64,000 bases of DNA from Eledone cirrhosa (GCA_964016885.1 OZ024750.1:20026001-20090000); one strand, 5' to 3'. Counted from the first letter of the stretch, positions 27,874-43,571 are shown. The notes: generated by a model from the letters alone, not told the origin. Program-made: numbers and translations.

Positions 27874-27963
27874 TCCTCTTGATAAGTCGGCAGACCTCGC
27901 AGGGACTCTATATCTTTATGATATATTGTTTTTGTTTATGCCACGAAACTACGTAGTCGAGGA
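27874..27963 (+). ncRNA. Type I hammerhead ribozyme candidate, U3-A8 core variant, palindromic stem III
   Basis: TCCTC-TTGATAA-GTCGGCA...TGCCAC-GAA-ACTACGTAGT-C-GAGGA. Stem I TCCTC/GAGGA, stem II GT(C)GGCA/TGCCAC, perfect palindrome ACTACGTAGT (27948-27957), GUC triplet ending at 27958. Confidence 0.7.
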
Positions 27964-28035
27964 ATTTAGGAGCAGTTTAGGTATGATACATTTTATTACT
28001 AATTATATCTAAATGTTTCTTCTCTCTTCATAATG

Positions 28036-28089
<54 letters not shown>

Positions 28090-29685
28090 AAAAATGAAAT
28101 TGTAAGATAATAGAGGTAACGTACATACAGACTCAGGGACTAAGGATTGGAATATATACACATACAAGTGTGAAAGCAGGCGTAACCACAAACATGCAAG
28201 TGATATATACTTTATGTGAATCACATCTCTCTATCTCTCTCTTCAACTGTTTTACTTTCTCTCACACGCTCTCAAAATCATCATCAAACCTTTTCCACCA
28301 TTGATATTTCTGACATCACACTATGCAATTTTTAAGCTATTTGTAACCAAATTTCTAATGTTAGATACAGCCAATATTTTCAAAAATAATCAAGAAAAAT
28401 AAAGGGATTGCCACACATAACCCACTTTCACATTGCATGGTTTGTGCTGGAAACATAGCAAATATACGTACTTAGATTAATGATTGCAGCCTTCTTAATA
28501 AACACACTTTATTTCGGCCAATATTGCATAATAAAACCAGGGGTGGTTTCAATTGTTTTCGTTCCAAAAATAGTGAAATAATTTTAGTAACATGTATGTA
28601 ACTAATAAAAAGTTAAGCAAAATATTTTCTGGAATAGCTATCATCTCGAAGAAGATATTTAATAAAGCATTTGGAAAAGTAATTTGTGATAAGCTTTCTG
28701 TATGATTCTGGGAATTAGTACTATCGTACGTATGTTTAGTCTATTCAAAGCAACGTTAATTAATTTTTCTCAAAGTAAAGTTAATCTTCTACACGTTACG
28801 TTTTATTCATTGAGCGAATATCTCTCAGAATTACGAAGGACATTTTGGTTTTGATGTCTACATCAAAAACCTCTACGAACCTGATTTAATTAGATACATT
28901 GCAACTAACATAATAGCTTACACTTTCCGTGATACATTATTTTCATGCTAGAGGTTCTTTTTCTAGCTAACCTATACTGATGGTCACTATATAGATGCAA
29001 AACTATATAAACACACTATAACAGTTACGCCAAGCATACATATGGACATTAAAAGAAGAATCAATTAATTCAAGTTAATGGGAATTGCACTGTCGTTAAA
29101 TATAGGAAAACTCCCATTTATGTATTGAATCTAGAATAAGTAGCTTACGATTTTGGCTATGGCAGGATGGTGTAAGGAACTGGCCACATACGCTCGTGGA
29201 GACGGAACTGCTTCAATAGCACCGCCCATGGGACCTGCCCCCAAGCCTGCAATAGACCATTCCTCTGGGTTGCCCAGCGCAGCTGATTAAATATTCTGTA
29301 ATTTTAAGGAATATTTTTGCCAGCAAATATATAAACAATATATTTTTAGAATCTCTGAAGCTATTAACATTAAATTCAAACATCATTCCCCGTGGGGAAA
29401 AATAAAGATAAATTGTAATAATTATATATATATATATATGTGTGTGTGGGTGTGTATGTGTGTGTGGATATGTACACATACCAACCTACCACAGTAGTCA
29501 AATCCTACAACCCCCTACCTCCTTTTGAACTATTGACCACCAGATTAAACAAAACAATTTGGCCTCATTCCATGACAACATTTCAGAAGGCATGATGGAA
29601 GAAATTTTGCTCAAACATTCGTTTTTGATTTTAATTTTAATTTTAAACCCTTCTTTTACTCCATTTTTAATTACCCGTTTTCACT

Positions 29686-29728
29686 GGATTTGACAAGATG
29701 GATTTTAATACATCGAAACCGGTAATTC
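29686..29728 (+). ncRNA. Minimal hammerhead-like motif with U3-A8 core
   Basis: GGAT-TTGACAA-GATG-GATTTTAATA-CATC-GAA-ACCGGT-A-ATTC: stems I and II pair, palindromic stem III, GUA triplet. Confidence 0.6.
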
Positions 29729-29882
29729 TTTCATACACTTTATATACTTCATAAAAATATTTTCAAAAAAGAATTGTCCCTCTTTTTTTGATAACACTAT
29801 CTTATTAATAATGTCACTTTGACGAATCAAAAAAGAAAAGCACACCCTTAAACATATCTCCTACGCTATTTCCAACTTCATA

Positions 29883-29967
<85 letters not shown>

Positions 29968-29970
<3 letters not shown>

Positions 29971-30372
29971 GGGTCTGAGACTTGGACACTGACCAAGAAA
30001 CTCACTCAGATGGTGAATGGGTGCTACACGAGAATGCTGAGGATGGCTGTGAACATTAACCAGTATACACTGAGGATGAAACATTCAGAGCTGTATGGGA
30101 GCCTCCCAAAAGTCAGCTCAAAAGTGACACAGAGGACTCTGAGCTTAGCTGGACATGCTCACTGACATCCAGAGTTGACATTTCACTCAGTGCTCCTGTG
30201 GGAGACTCTACATGAACACACTGGAAGAGGAAGACCAAGGTTAACGTATGTTGATGCCCTAAGAATATACACTGGTCTGTTGGAGACGCAGGACATGGCA
30301 GCGATAATGAAGGATAGAGACCGCTGGAGAGAACTCGTCCATGGATCTCAGGAATTTTACCCGCCCTAGAAT

Positions 30373-30446
<74 letters not shown>
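29968..30446 (+). mobile_element. 5'-truncated RTE-type LINE 3' end with (GA)n tail, inserted at (TA)n
   Basis: YGSETWTLTKK...GCYTRMLRMA...ELYGSLPKVS...LAGH...VLLWE...GRGRPRLTYVD...MKDRDRWR, with one internal stop. Ends at 30369 and is followed by (AG)n. Confidence 0.85.
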
Positions 30447-30450
<4 letters not shown>

Positions 30451-30540
30451 AAGGATGAAGTTGGAAATAGCACGTGCTATTTCCAACTTCATCCTTTCAT
30501 CTCTCTCTATTTCCAACTTCATATTCTCTCTCTATCTCTG

Positions 30541-30598
<58 letters not shown>

Positions 30599-30621
30599 CA
30601 TTTTTTCTCCATATATATATA

Positions 30622-30804
30622 TAGGAAAAGTTTCAGAGCTCAAGCCGTTTCGACAGCCATTTGAGTCCAGAAATAGCTGTCGAAACGGCTTCAACTCTGC
30701 CGTCGGGGATCTGACTCTTTCCCTATTATCCACTCTACAACGCAAAGTATCGAGAACTCTCGTGGGTTATGGTCCAACCGATTCCTTACCACACTTCCTT
30801 CGTT
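30622..30804 (+). mobile_element. (TA)n-embedded repeat carrying the 3' half of a hammerhead (other copies at 39665-39797, 41086-41258, 42021-42212)
   Basis: Shared hairpin-GAAACGGCTTGAGCTCAGCCGTC-GGGG...TATGGTCCA..TGGTTCCTTACCACATTTCCTTCGT-(TA)n in four copies. Confidence 0.75.
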
Positions 30805-30805
30805 A

Positions 30806-30957
<152 letters not shown>

Positions 30958-31067
30958 TATATACTCACACACACACATATATATTTATATATATATAAAT
31001 ATATACCATATATGTAATACTTATGAGCATAAAAGTCCATTGTGAATATACTTAATTCATATTGAGC

Positions 31068-31257
31068 AATAATTGTTTCTACCTTTGGCACAAGGCCATC
31101 AATTACCCAGTGCATTAATGGTACTTTATTTTATCGACCCCATAAGGATGAAAGGCAAATTTAACCTCGGCGGGATTTGAACACAGGATGGCAAGTGCCG
31201 TAACTCTCTGTGTCAAAGCATGGCGTCCGACCCTCTAGCGATACTGCCAATTCACCG
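31068..31257 (-). mobile_element. SINE family 1
   Basis: Matches the family consensus, reverse orientation. Confidence 0.85.
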
Positions 31258-31323
31258 GTATATTGGAAGCGCTGTTGACGATAACATTTCAGAAATGTAG
31301 AATGGCGGTTATTTTTAAAATAT

Positions 31324-31390
<67 letters not shown>

Positions 31391-31396
31391 ACTCAC

Positions 31397-31462
<66 letters not shown>

Positions 31463-33772
31463 CCATACAACCATAGATTGTTATATATGTACATATATAA
31501 ATGAAGTATATATACATGTATATGTACATATATATATATATACATGTGTGTGTGTGTGTCTGTCTGTGGGTGTGCCTGTGTGTGCGTGAGTGTGTGTGTG
31601 TCTGTGTGCGTGTGTGCGTGAGTGTGTGCTTTTGTGAAAGTATTTATTACTATTTCTATTTCAATTTTACAATGATATTTCATTTACTCACCTTCTAAAA
31701 TGAAATCATTGTAATTAAATATTTATGTGTTTGTTAGTTTGTGTGTGATGTGTATTTTGATAATCAGTAAACTAAAGAGGCGGTGGTAACTATTTCGTCT
31801 GAGATTGTGTCTATTGTTGTGTTGTATTTGCTCTTTAGAAAATATTTGAATTTCTCTCAGCAGGATTCACTGGTCTGGTTCAATGAATGTTTTCAACAAA
31901 AGCCTGTGTGCCAATTTACTATCAATAGAAGTGCTGAAGTAAAGATTAATTCTATAGTGAATTGCAACAGAAAAAATACTCAACATTATCCCACCCCCAC
32001 ATCAGATATATACGACTTTCCACATGCCTGAATTGTACTGAAACTTTAGTACAAATGAATTTTATTAAAAACCCAATTTGATGATATTGCTTATCTACAA
32101 TATAATGTATACATTTTCATCGGTCATGTGTCGATGTTTATTTGAACATTTTTTGTGACGTTTTATTCCTGGGCGCTTATGAATTTAATTTGCATCTATA
32201 TTGTTCCGCTTTCGATCCCATTGGTTGTCTTTATAAACGGTGTTCTCACCGTAACTCATCGGTGTGAATTTGTTTAAATATTGCGTGAGTCTGAATCGGT
32301 TTGGTGTTCTTTTTAGAATATATATTTGACTGTGGAATAATGAACCAGCTACATGTTATTTCACCAATCAGACGTTCGGGTAATCAGACACCTGGATGTT
32401 TATCGGTGAAACTGACAGATCTTCAACATGGGGTCACAGGTCAAACTACTAACCGACAGGTATAGCCGTGGAATATCAAAGCATATGTTTTGTCATGATT
32501 GACATGATTGACCATGAGTTTGCACCTGGACATTTCCATTCCGAGGCACAGGCCTGGTCAAGACCAGAAATCGCCAATGCATGCCAGTATCCCTTCTTCA
32601 TTCAATCGATATGGCCCAAGTGAAGTGCAATTGCCGATACACCTTGACTTCAGAGATGACGCAACCTATGTCTATAGCTGGGTGAACAAGAGCAAAGTGG
32701 AATGAAGTGTTTTGCTCAAGAACACAATGCACAGCGGTCCGGTATTAGAAAATACAACCTTGCGATTGTGAGCTCAATGTTCTAAGCACTAAGCTACGTT
32801 CCTTTAGAATACACAGATCCATAAAATGGTCCTGCAAGGCATCCCGCCAGACACTCTAAAAATTGAGGAAATTCACAGTCGTTCTTGGACTGTTACATGT
32901 ATCACCAAGAACGAAGGAAAGGCGAAAGTTCTCCTCGGATCGATTTGAACTGATTGCCTGTTTACTGTCTATAGTTTCTTCTAGTTCAATGTGCAAAGTA
33001 CATACATGCTTATGGCATGATCAATTGAGTTGATATGGACTGAGATATATACAAATAGACTTAGATCTGTATCATTAGTCTCAGTTAGAATATGTATCAT
33101 AATGCATTATGATTACTTGCCTAGCATGCTTAAAAATCAAACAGAAATGATATTAACAAATAATAATGTTCGGCTTTACTACTCATTCATTTAGAATGTG
33201 TACTTATGTCATATTAAAATGTGAGGTATTTGTAAAGATAAACTGCAATAACTTCACTTGAAATATTTTACAATTTGTACACAGTAGATCAGAAACGAAC
33301 TTACAGTTGAAAACTGAATATTTTATTACGTGTACTTGTTTGAAATTAGCTAAAGTCACTATTTGCCATAATTGACTTCATAAAGAAACAAAACTAATTT
33401 TTCAACAATATATTTAGCTAATGATTGTAATAAAGTGAATGCTAACTACTAAAGCGATATAATTGCCTGTTTATAGCTGACAATAAATCAAACATAGATG
33501 AAACATTAGAATATAGATCATTATATACACAATGACATAAAATTCTGACTTACGCATTTAATTTTACAAGGGACTGTGCGAAATACTGCTTTTCGAGGAG
33601 AGCAATAATAACACTAACGATTTCAGTATTATTCATGCATGACCTCTGTTTTGCAGAGTGACATAGTTGATGTCATCACCAACAGTATTTGTCCAGATTT
33701 TAGCGATCCCAGAAGTATATACGATAAATTATATCAAGGCATGATTTGAAATGTACACGTTAAAAGAGAATA

Positions 33773-33890
33773 CATACACACACATACATACATACATACA
33801 TACATACATACATACATACATACATACATACATACATACATACATACATACATACATACATACATACATACATACGTACATACATACATA
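33773..33890. repeat. (TACA)n microsatellite
   Basis: Read directly from the sequence. Confidence 0.9.
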
Positions 33891-36800
33891 TGCACTGTAG
33901 TGGAAGTTAGCTGTCCAGCAGATGGCAATATAATATCAACGATTAGCGAAGGGTTAATATCTATGCAGAACTAATGAGAAATATACATATACTCCACCCG
34001 GACTATACCTTCAGATTTATGTCTGTGCTTATTGTGGTACTGTTATATGTTAGTAATTTCCTCAGTATACGTCCTGAGCAGCTAGGCTTCACAGATCCAG
34101 AAAGAACACTACTTGTTAGGGGATTACAAGTACAATTCATCAATGGATCAGTAGAAATATGTAAAACATTCCAAACATTCTGCATCTAATATCTGTATAA
34201 ACATTTCAACAAATACACAGCTTATACACATGCACGCATACAACTCAAAACATACACATCCGTACTACAATAACATCCATACCAACACATACCTGCATAC
34301 ATGCAGACAATTAGTCATCTCTACCTAGTTGATGTTGTGTAAATTCCAATGAGAGAGACTTGTATCTATGTTAGAAATCGGTTCTCCCTCTATTGGCAAA
34401 GATTTGTGAAATTATAAAAACAGAAGAACATACATACATACATACATACATATATGATATCTTCAAGTCGATTTCGAATATTGCATAAATACATTTCTGA
34501 TGTCTTCCTGGTCACGTCCATTATAACAGCAACCGCTCGTATCCTATAATTCAGCGCTCATGTATTCTTATAGGAGTACGTGTATGTTCGGTTCACAAGG
34601 ATATATGTGTGTTTAGATTACTTCACGAATATGTACCTATGCATGCATGGATGTATGAATCAGGTCATCATTATAATTCATTGATTTGCTAGTTGCACTT
34701 TACTGAAGCAGTCTGAAAATATTCAATTACTTTTCAGCTAACAATTATTGTGCCATCAACAAATGATGATTCATGAAGTATTAGAGTGTCAATCTTTTCC
34801 TGATAACATAAATATATCCATTTTGCTGAAATATAAGAATTCGGAATCCGTAACAATTTGCTACTTATGATGATATAAAAAAAAATGGATGATCCTAATA
34901 CCGATAATAATAATAGTACCTTAGTTTATGCGAAATATGTATCAATACGTTTGTCATTTATTTGTAGATATGACGCATCCTCTGTCAATTTTGTTACTCA
35001 AAAGACTGAATGTCTAAATAATCAAATAACGTGTAAATATATCACTGCCACACTACTATTGTTGTCCAATTTTTGAATTTTAACCGTGTGATTATTAAAT
35101 GAGTCTCGAACAGTCTTTGCTTTTCTCAAGACCTTATTTCTGAAGCAATGACAAAATAGGTTCTCAGCGTGTCTGTGTCCATGAGGAGGCCATTTGCAAA
35201 GTGAGGAAGCGCTTTGACGTCTAGCAAGAAGAGTTTCACAACGAAGGGAGATAAGGGCGAGTCTGTAAGACTCGTATTCCTCTAACTGTGTATATGTCAT
35301 GGTGGCTATTATTGCCAAGTGGATTCCAAATTGTTAGAGAAAATGAGAATATGGAGAAATGGATCTTCAGTCGTTGTGAGGATGATGAATATACTGTTCA
35401 ATCTAAATATCTATTTCACGAATTAACATGTAAATATTACAGTATTTTGCAGACGCGTGTGCCATACCCCACTTCCTACGACAAATCAGCTTGACAATAA
35501 CCATATTAGACTGATCACCTGAATTACAAATATAGTACAACCCTTTACTCACAGTTCTCCACGATGACATTGCGCCCACAAGGATTGGATCGAACCATGG
35601 CTTTGGTACAGCATAACATTCCAAAGATGCAACATAGTAGCATATAAATTGGGCTCTCATATTTATGAAGCAAACTATGTGACCACTCATCTGTCTTGCG
35701 TTATCTTTACCATATGTAAGTTGCTATGCATTAAGGATGAATATGTAGAATGTAAATACAAAAACTTGAAGCTGTATGTGATATCATATGTGATATCATA
35801 TAAGGTTTAGAATGCGGTGTCGTACGTGTTACCATACGCGATTGATTCTGATGTTTCTTTTTATTTTATATTCTGCTTAATCTTATCCTCGCAAAACTAC
35901 TTCTTTCTCTATAGACATGTGTTCCGTATGAACATATCGTTGAATCTACCATTTTATTTGCAATAAAGGCGGCTAATTGACAAAATCGTTAGCAGCTCAC
36001 ACTTCCTGGCTCTGGTATTTGTTCCAGCACTTTACCTTCTGAGTTTAAACCCCTTTGCTGTTAACTTTGCCTTTCTATGATAAATCACCAGTTAAACACT
36101 AGGATCAATATACCATCCCGCCTACCCATATTTTTAGGCCTTGTACCTGAATCAGAAAACATATATGACATGATTTGCTTTGTTGAGGGGTTTGCCATAT
36201 TTTAAATTTTGTCTTATATTTGCGTCAATGTTGTTTAAATGTATCTATATGGTGGGTGAGCAGAACTGTTGGGTGTTTTGACGTGATTTATTTAGGGGAT
36301 TCCCACTAGTGTTTGGATGGGAAAGCCTAAATATATATATTGTGTGAAATTTGTGATGACGTTCATTTTAATTATCCTGATCATGTTGAGCTAATCTTTA
36401 TAAGCTCTTATTGCAATATATTTGCTCTGGTGAATTCGGTGATATCGTTTTAATGTAAATTAAAATTAATGTGGGGTTGTGCTATTTAACGTGATCATTC
36501 AATCCTCTATTCAAAACATGGAATGACAAATTAAAAAGTAGGAAACGACCAAATTAATAAGGAAGTAGTTTTGTTATCTGTTTCGACATTTGCATTTTTT
36601 TATTAGTAGTTTTCATTTAGTTTTAATGGATGAGAAAATGGAAGGAATGTGTATTGAGGATTTTTTTAAATTTCTTTCAAATTTACTCTTTCCATCTTAC
36701 AATTACATGCAATGTTTGTTCCTCCTCTAACGATTATCTCCTACATTTCTATACTCAATCGATGGAGAATTGCAGCAGTGAATGATCTTTTCCTGAATGA

Positions 36801-37487
36801 AATCAAATAATAGACTTCAATTGTCAATTATATACAAACCATTAATTCATTAACAATTGCACCACAGACCTAAATGTGTCTTCTGTGGAATTAAAATACG
36901 AGAAATAAAGTAAATAAAAATATCATTTTCAGAAGTAATTTTCTTAAAAAGAGGTTGTTTATATCTCTTCTCTTGTAAAGTTGTTTAGAGGTTTCCAGTT
37001 TAAGTGTTTCTACTCGAAGTATAATCTATGGAATTTTGTTTAACATCATGGAATAAACTTATATTTTAAAATATTTATTTCTCAGATCAGATTCTAATGA
37101 TCTAATTTGTATATTATTGAATTAGTAAAATGAACATCGGACTAAATATTTTAGTTCTCATGATTCAATTGAAATGATTAGCCGACTATATATATCTATC
37201 TGTCCATCTATTTATTGACCCAATTGTAATACACTTATTTCAGTCGGTAGATTCTAATCCCTCTCTACACCTGATAACATTTTAGAAAACATTTATAGTG
37301 ACACAAATTAATTTGAACAGTCATTCCCCGTCGAGTATGACATGGTAGCATGTATCATTCTTTCGCTCAGTGAACTATTTGCAACACCCTTCATTAGGAA
37401 ACACAAACACTTTCTCGAAACTTCCTTTCTTATCCAGCGGAACAACCAGTATTTGTCGGCTTGAGAAAGAGAGAGAGAGAGGGGGGG

Positions 37488-37595
<108 letters not shown>

Positions 37596-39302
37596 ATGCA
37601 CTTGCAATTGTCTGTATTGTCCATATCAAACGCAGAAGGATGAAAATAATTGTATATCCAGAGGGGATTTGAAATCAGAGAGCAGAGAACTGCAGACTCC
37701 ATACCGACAGCGAAAGCAAGTGTTTATCGTATAATGTAGCTACAGTAGCGCTTGTAATTTGCGATTACTTACGAGCTAATCGAAAACAAAAGAATTCACC
37801 ACGCGCCAATTGTTTGCATGTAAATCCATGCAGAATCACCAGCTGAGCACGGCCATAAAGACTGTAAATTCATGTTAGATTAAGGACCCAGGCTTCGAAT
37901 ACTGTCCTTGAACAAGTCATTTCATTCTCTGTTGCTCCAGTACAGTACACTGAAAGTGTCTGAGTGTTACTTTGGTAACATCGGTAATTTTCTATATTTT
38001 ATATCTTAAATTCTATTCATCCATTTACAAAGAAATTGATATTTACTTTATTATTAGGAAGTATAGTTAGAGCGTCGGATAGCATGATTTATGTTATGTG
38101 TTCATATCTCACCGTTGTTAGAATAAGCGGATAAGAAAGTGAGCAGCATGCACTGGGGTTGATTTAATTGACTTCTTCCCCCTTCATTTCAGATTGCTTT
38201 CAAAAGTTGAAACAAATTATAACGTAACTCGTAGTACGCAACTGCTAGCCTATGTATCGGTCTCGAGACTGAATGGATATGCTCGTTCGTCGAGTTTTGA
38301 GCTCAAAACTAAAAGTATCATAATTAAATGCAGCAAAACATTATTGTAAACGGTCTAACAATTTTGTTATTCACACGTATATTTCATACTGCCAGCTTTC
38401 CACTATCAGCAGTTGAAGAATCTAAGCAAAATCGTTGACAATACATTTCAATGTAAACTAACCTATTTGTGTTTTTGCAAAAACGGTGCCGTATGTATTA
38501 GATATTCACAGAAAAAAATGTTCAAAGAATAGAAGGAAGCTAAACGAAAGGAAAGAAAAATCTGTGATAGGTGAAGGGGAATTAGCTGCTGTTGATAGAC
38601 AGCAGAGAATTGAAGAACGACATGTTTGATAAACGAGACAATTACCATGGCTGCTGTGCTAATTGATGCAATATTCCTATGTACTGTCAACATATTTATC
38701 ATTGAAAATGTCAGTCACGTCTCATATATAACTTATATACCTAACATACCCACAAGCGTCTCACTAAATAGTTGGTGGTGACACAAATTCTGAATAATTA
38801 ATTTTCCTTCAAATGTCAGTCCAGATTTTAAAATGTTGTTGAAGAGATTTTTTCAAGGTTTTGTTATTTCAAAGCAAAATATATTTACGCATATGTTGGA
38901 AAATCGATGTTCCAGTTTCCATCTGACTTTGTGTCGTTTCTCTCCATGAGCACCAGAGTGTGATTTATTTTTTTTCGAAAACATTCATAATAGATATTTA
39001 CAGAAAATACAAGTCAACATATTTGACTACGTAACTAACGCAAACTCAAACACTCATCTAAGACTCCCTCGTTAAATGCATGGAATATATAGTTCATGGT
39101 TTTCGGAAAGAAATGTTTGCACCAGCAATGGACTGTTAGTTTATTTATCCACTCCAAACGAATGAAAATTTGACTTCGGCATGATTTGAATACACAGAGC
39201 ATATTTCAAAACGTACACGTTTGAACAGTGATCTCAGTTATACTTTCCATGTGCTAGCTGCTGAAAAGGCAAGAGCTCAGCCGTTGTGGTTCTAAATGCT
39301 TC

Positions 39303-39335
<33 letters not shown>

Positions 39336-39511
39336 AGAATGAAACGAAATTTCATTTCTCACTCTTAGTACGGCACTTAAAAAAAAAAGGTGACGTGGTT
39401 GCCTGAACACTGTACGGCGTAAATCATGCTGTCCGTTTCTTTACAAACGAACAAAGCGAACATTATAATAAATATTCGGTAAACTGATACGTGCATATAT
39501 ATATGTGTGCA

Positions 39512-39559
<48 letters not shown>

Positions 39560-39612
39560 TGCTACTGTACGCCTGTATACATATATGTATGTACGTATAC
39601 ATACATACTTAC

Positions 39613-39667
<55 letters not shown>

Positions 39668-39795
39668 TTAGCCGTCGAAACGGCTTGAGCTCAGCTGTCG
39701 GGGTCTTACTGGTTTCTATTACACACTCTACTACCTCAAGTATTGAGTACTTTGGTGCGTTATGGTCCACCTGGTTCCTTACCACATTTCCTTCG

Positions 39796-39834
<39 letters not shown>

Positions 39835-40961
39835 TTTGAAAGTAAAGTCTGTTTAATATATCCCCTTGGGTAAGGATATACGAAAGAGAAGCCGCATGGT
39901 TGCGGAAATGATTCTTCTTCACGCCGCCATAAACCAAATAACCCGAGGTCGTTTTTGGTCATCTGCTGATCTGAGGAAAATATATTCATTAAATGTTAAT
40001 GAAATGTGTAAACTGGCTGCAAACAATTATAAATCTGTAGCTAATAAACATCATCTTATAAGTACTTTACTATTGCAGAGAGACGTCATTATTTCCTTAA
40101 TTGGAGAGGGAATAAGAAGAATACTCGCATTATATTAGTCTCAATATACCGAGGGCGATCTTGTATGCCAAATATATGAGTCGAACTGGCAGATTCAGGA
40201 AGTAGGCTTTGTGCTCTGATTTAACCAGTGACGGCGTGAAATCTTTCTGTCTCATTATCTCTCTCGTTCTCTCTCCCTCCAGCTCTTCAGAAGAAATCGG
40301 CTATCTTCAGACCTGGACAGGTATAGCCTCCATCAGATTTTAAGACATAACATATTCCTTGACGGCGCCACAACTGCTGCAACTGCAATATATGAAATAA
40401 ATATTTTCACCATTTAAAATAGTATCCTTAATCCACTATTGGGAATATGTAAAGCTATATGAATACCGTGGTTTAGACCGCTGCACCAACAGTTTTATTA
40501 TAGTATACCGAGAGTGCTGACAATGTTGTTGTAATTCTTAAATTGTTGAACAAAGGTTTTCCGTGAAACTGATAGTTGAAACGTATTTAGAAAAATCAAT
40601 AGAACTTTGTAATAATGGAAAAGGGTGATATATATTTCACTTAGCAGTAAATGAGATAAGTAATAAAGAAAATGATATTTTCCGCAGAAACAAAGAATCG
40701 TGTAATACCTACTTTCGTAATAGTGAAAAATTACATATTAAAAAGCAATAATTGTAAGTGCTTTTAAAAATATTTAAATCGCAGATGATATTGAAGACGA
40801 GAGGTAAAATAACATACGTGATATGGAAATATTACAATTAAGGGAAACTAGAAATAATAAGAAATAATTTGATATTAAAAGAAGGTGTAATAGCTATGAT
40901 GAAGTACGTTTGCTCCTACAACGTTAAATACAGGAATAAACGTTCAGGTACTGATGCTATA

Positions 40962-40995
<34 letters not shown>

Positions 40996-41256
40996 TTAAC
41001 AATTGCACCACAGATCTAAATTTCTACGAGAAATAAAGTAAATCAAAATATCATTAAATATATATATATAAGTATGTATATATACGACGGCCAATTCTGG
41101 ACTAAAGTCTGGACATTTTAGTCCAGAATTAGCCATCGAAACGGTTTGAGCTCAGCCGTCGGGGTCCTGCTTGTTCCTATTACCCACTCTACTACCCTAA
41201 GTATTGAGTACTTTGGTGCGTTATGGTCCATCTGGTTCCTTTCCACATTTCCGTCG

Positions 41257-41381
<125 letters not shown>

Positions 41382-41382
41382 C

Positions 41383-41425
<43 letters not shown>

Positions 41426-41468
41426 CATATATATACATATATATACATATATATATATATTTATATAC

Positions 41469-41525
<57 letters not shown>

Positions 41526-41536
41526 TAATGTATAAA

Positions 41537-41568
<32 letters not shown>

Positions 41569-41629
41569 GTATGTGCTTGCGCGTTCTTCTAGTTTGATCA
41601 TTTTATACATTGTCATTAGTACCGAGAGA

Positions 41630-41863
41630 ATCGGTTTCTAGCATTCAAAGAAGACCCACTTGGATCTTGACAACATCAACTCTAGATAGATACATAAATG
41701 TTTGTGTGTGCTGGAATGGAGGTATGTGTATTATTGTATATATATATATATATATATACAATAACACACATACCCCCATTCCAGCACACAAAGATTTATG
41801 TATTTATCTAGAGTTGATGTTGTCAAGATCCAAGTGGGTCTTGTTTGAATGCTAGAAACCGAT
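41630..41863. repeat. ~230-bp palindrome centred on (TA)n
   Basis: ATCGGTTTCTAGCATTC...GTATTATTG-(TA)n-CAATAACAC...GAATGCTAGAAACCGAT. Confidence 0.88.
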
Positions 41864-41878
41864 ATATATATATATATA

Positions 41879-42485
<607 letters not shown>

Positions 42486-43388
42486 CGCAATTGGATGTAA
42501 TATATAACGTATCTAGTTAGCTTTGATATACACACATTATCCACGCTGGACCTAAAGATTTAATGCCATGGAAAGCTCATATCTGTGATCTATGATTTGC
42601 ATAATATACGTAAAATACCTGTCAACGAAGTGACAAGTTATTTGTGATGAAAGGTACAATTTGCTCATACGGACCGATGTCTTAACAATCCCGCCACTTT
42701 CCCCTGCAGTATGTGATTTATCGAAACGGGAAAGATACTCGTCAATGTTGATCCTGGCAGCATAGCAGAGGACCTAACGATTCTGCCAATACGCTCCAAA
42801 ATTTAGAAGAATGAATTACACTAGTTTTAGCTATTGATTTCACCTAGCTATCTATCACTTTCACTTAATAACTGGCATTGAAATTACGCAAATAGGAACA
42901 TATATATATTCTTACCCAAATTGGTAATAATTTAGAAAGATTTTTAAAGACATTTGAAGCATTCTCGCATAATATCAATTCACCTTTATGAAATCTAGTG
43001 AAAATACTGATCATATCTCTCTTAGAATCACGTTTATTTATATATTTTTATTTTTATTTCAGAAGATATCTTTTAGCAATTTTCTATTGATATTTTCAAA
43101 CTATCAAAGGTTATATTATGATGAATATTATATTTTTTTGATTTCTGATTTGCCATTATCCCGCAGCAATTCTTCATTTCTGATTTATCAACTTAATCTT
43201 TCATTAAATCCGCAAAGCAATGGAACGTGTTTCGTTTTACTTGAAGTCAATATATTTCTTCAATCCTCTAATATTCTTTATCTATAATTCTCATCTTTGC
43301 CATCGGTTTGAAAATTATTTTTACTTAGAGTGATAACCTATAACGATAACTTATGGAGATTATCCTCACACGTTATGTAGTTTTAATA

Positions 43389-43571
43389 TAATTGTTTCTA
43401 CTTTAGGCACAAGGCCAGCAATTACCCAGTGCATTACTGGTACTTTATTTTATCGACCCCGTAAGGATGAAAGGCAAAGTCAACCTCGGCGGGATTTGAA
43501 CTCAGATCGTAAAGGGACGTAACTATGCTGGAAAACATGGCGTCCGACCCTCTACCGATACTGCCAATCCA
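43389..43571 (-). mobile_element. SINE family 1
   Basis: Near-consensus copy. Confidence 0.88.

Noticed and set aside
30439-30508. Perfect hairpin centred on CACGTG as a miRNA or ribozyme
   Set aside because: No loop, embedded in the (GA)n tail of a LINE, and no CUGANGA-type core. Best explained as a local fold-back duplication.
31864-31938. Candidate plus-strand exon (DSLVWFNECFQQKPVCQF...)
   Set aside because: Weak donor, no partner exons and no recognisable domain.
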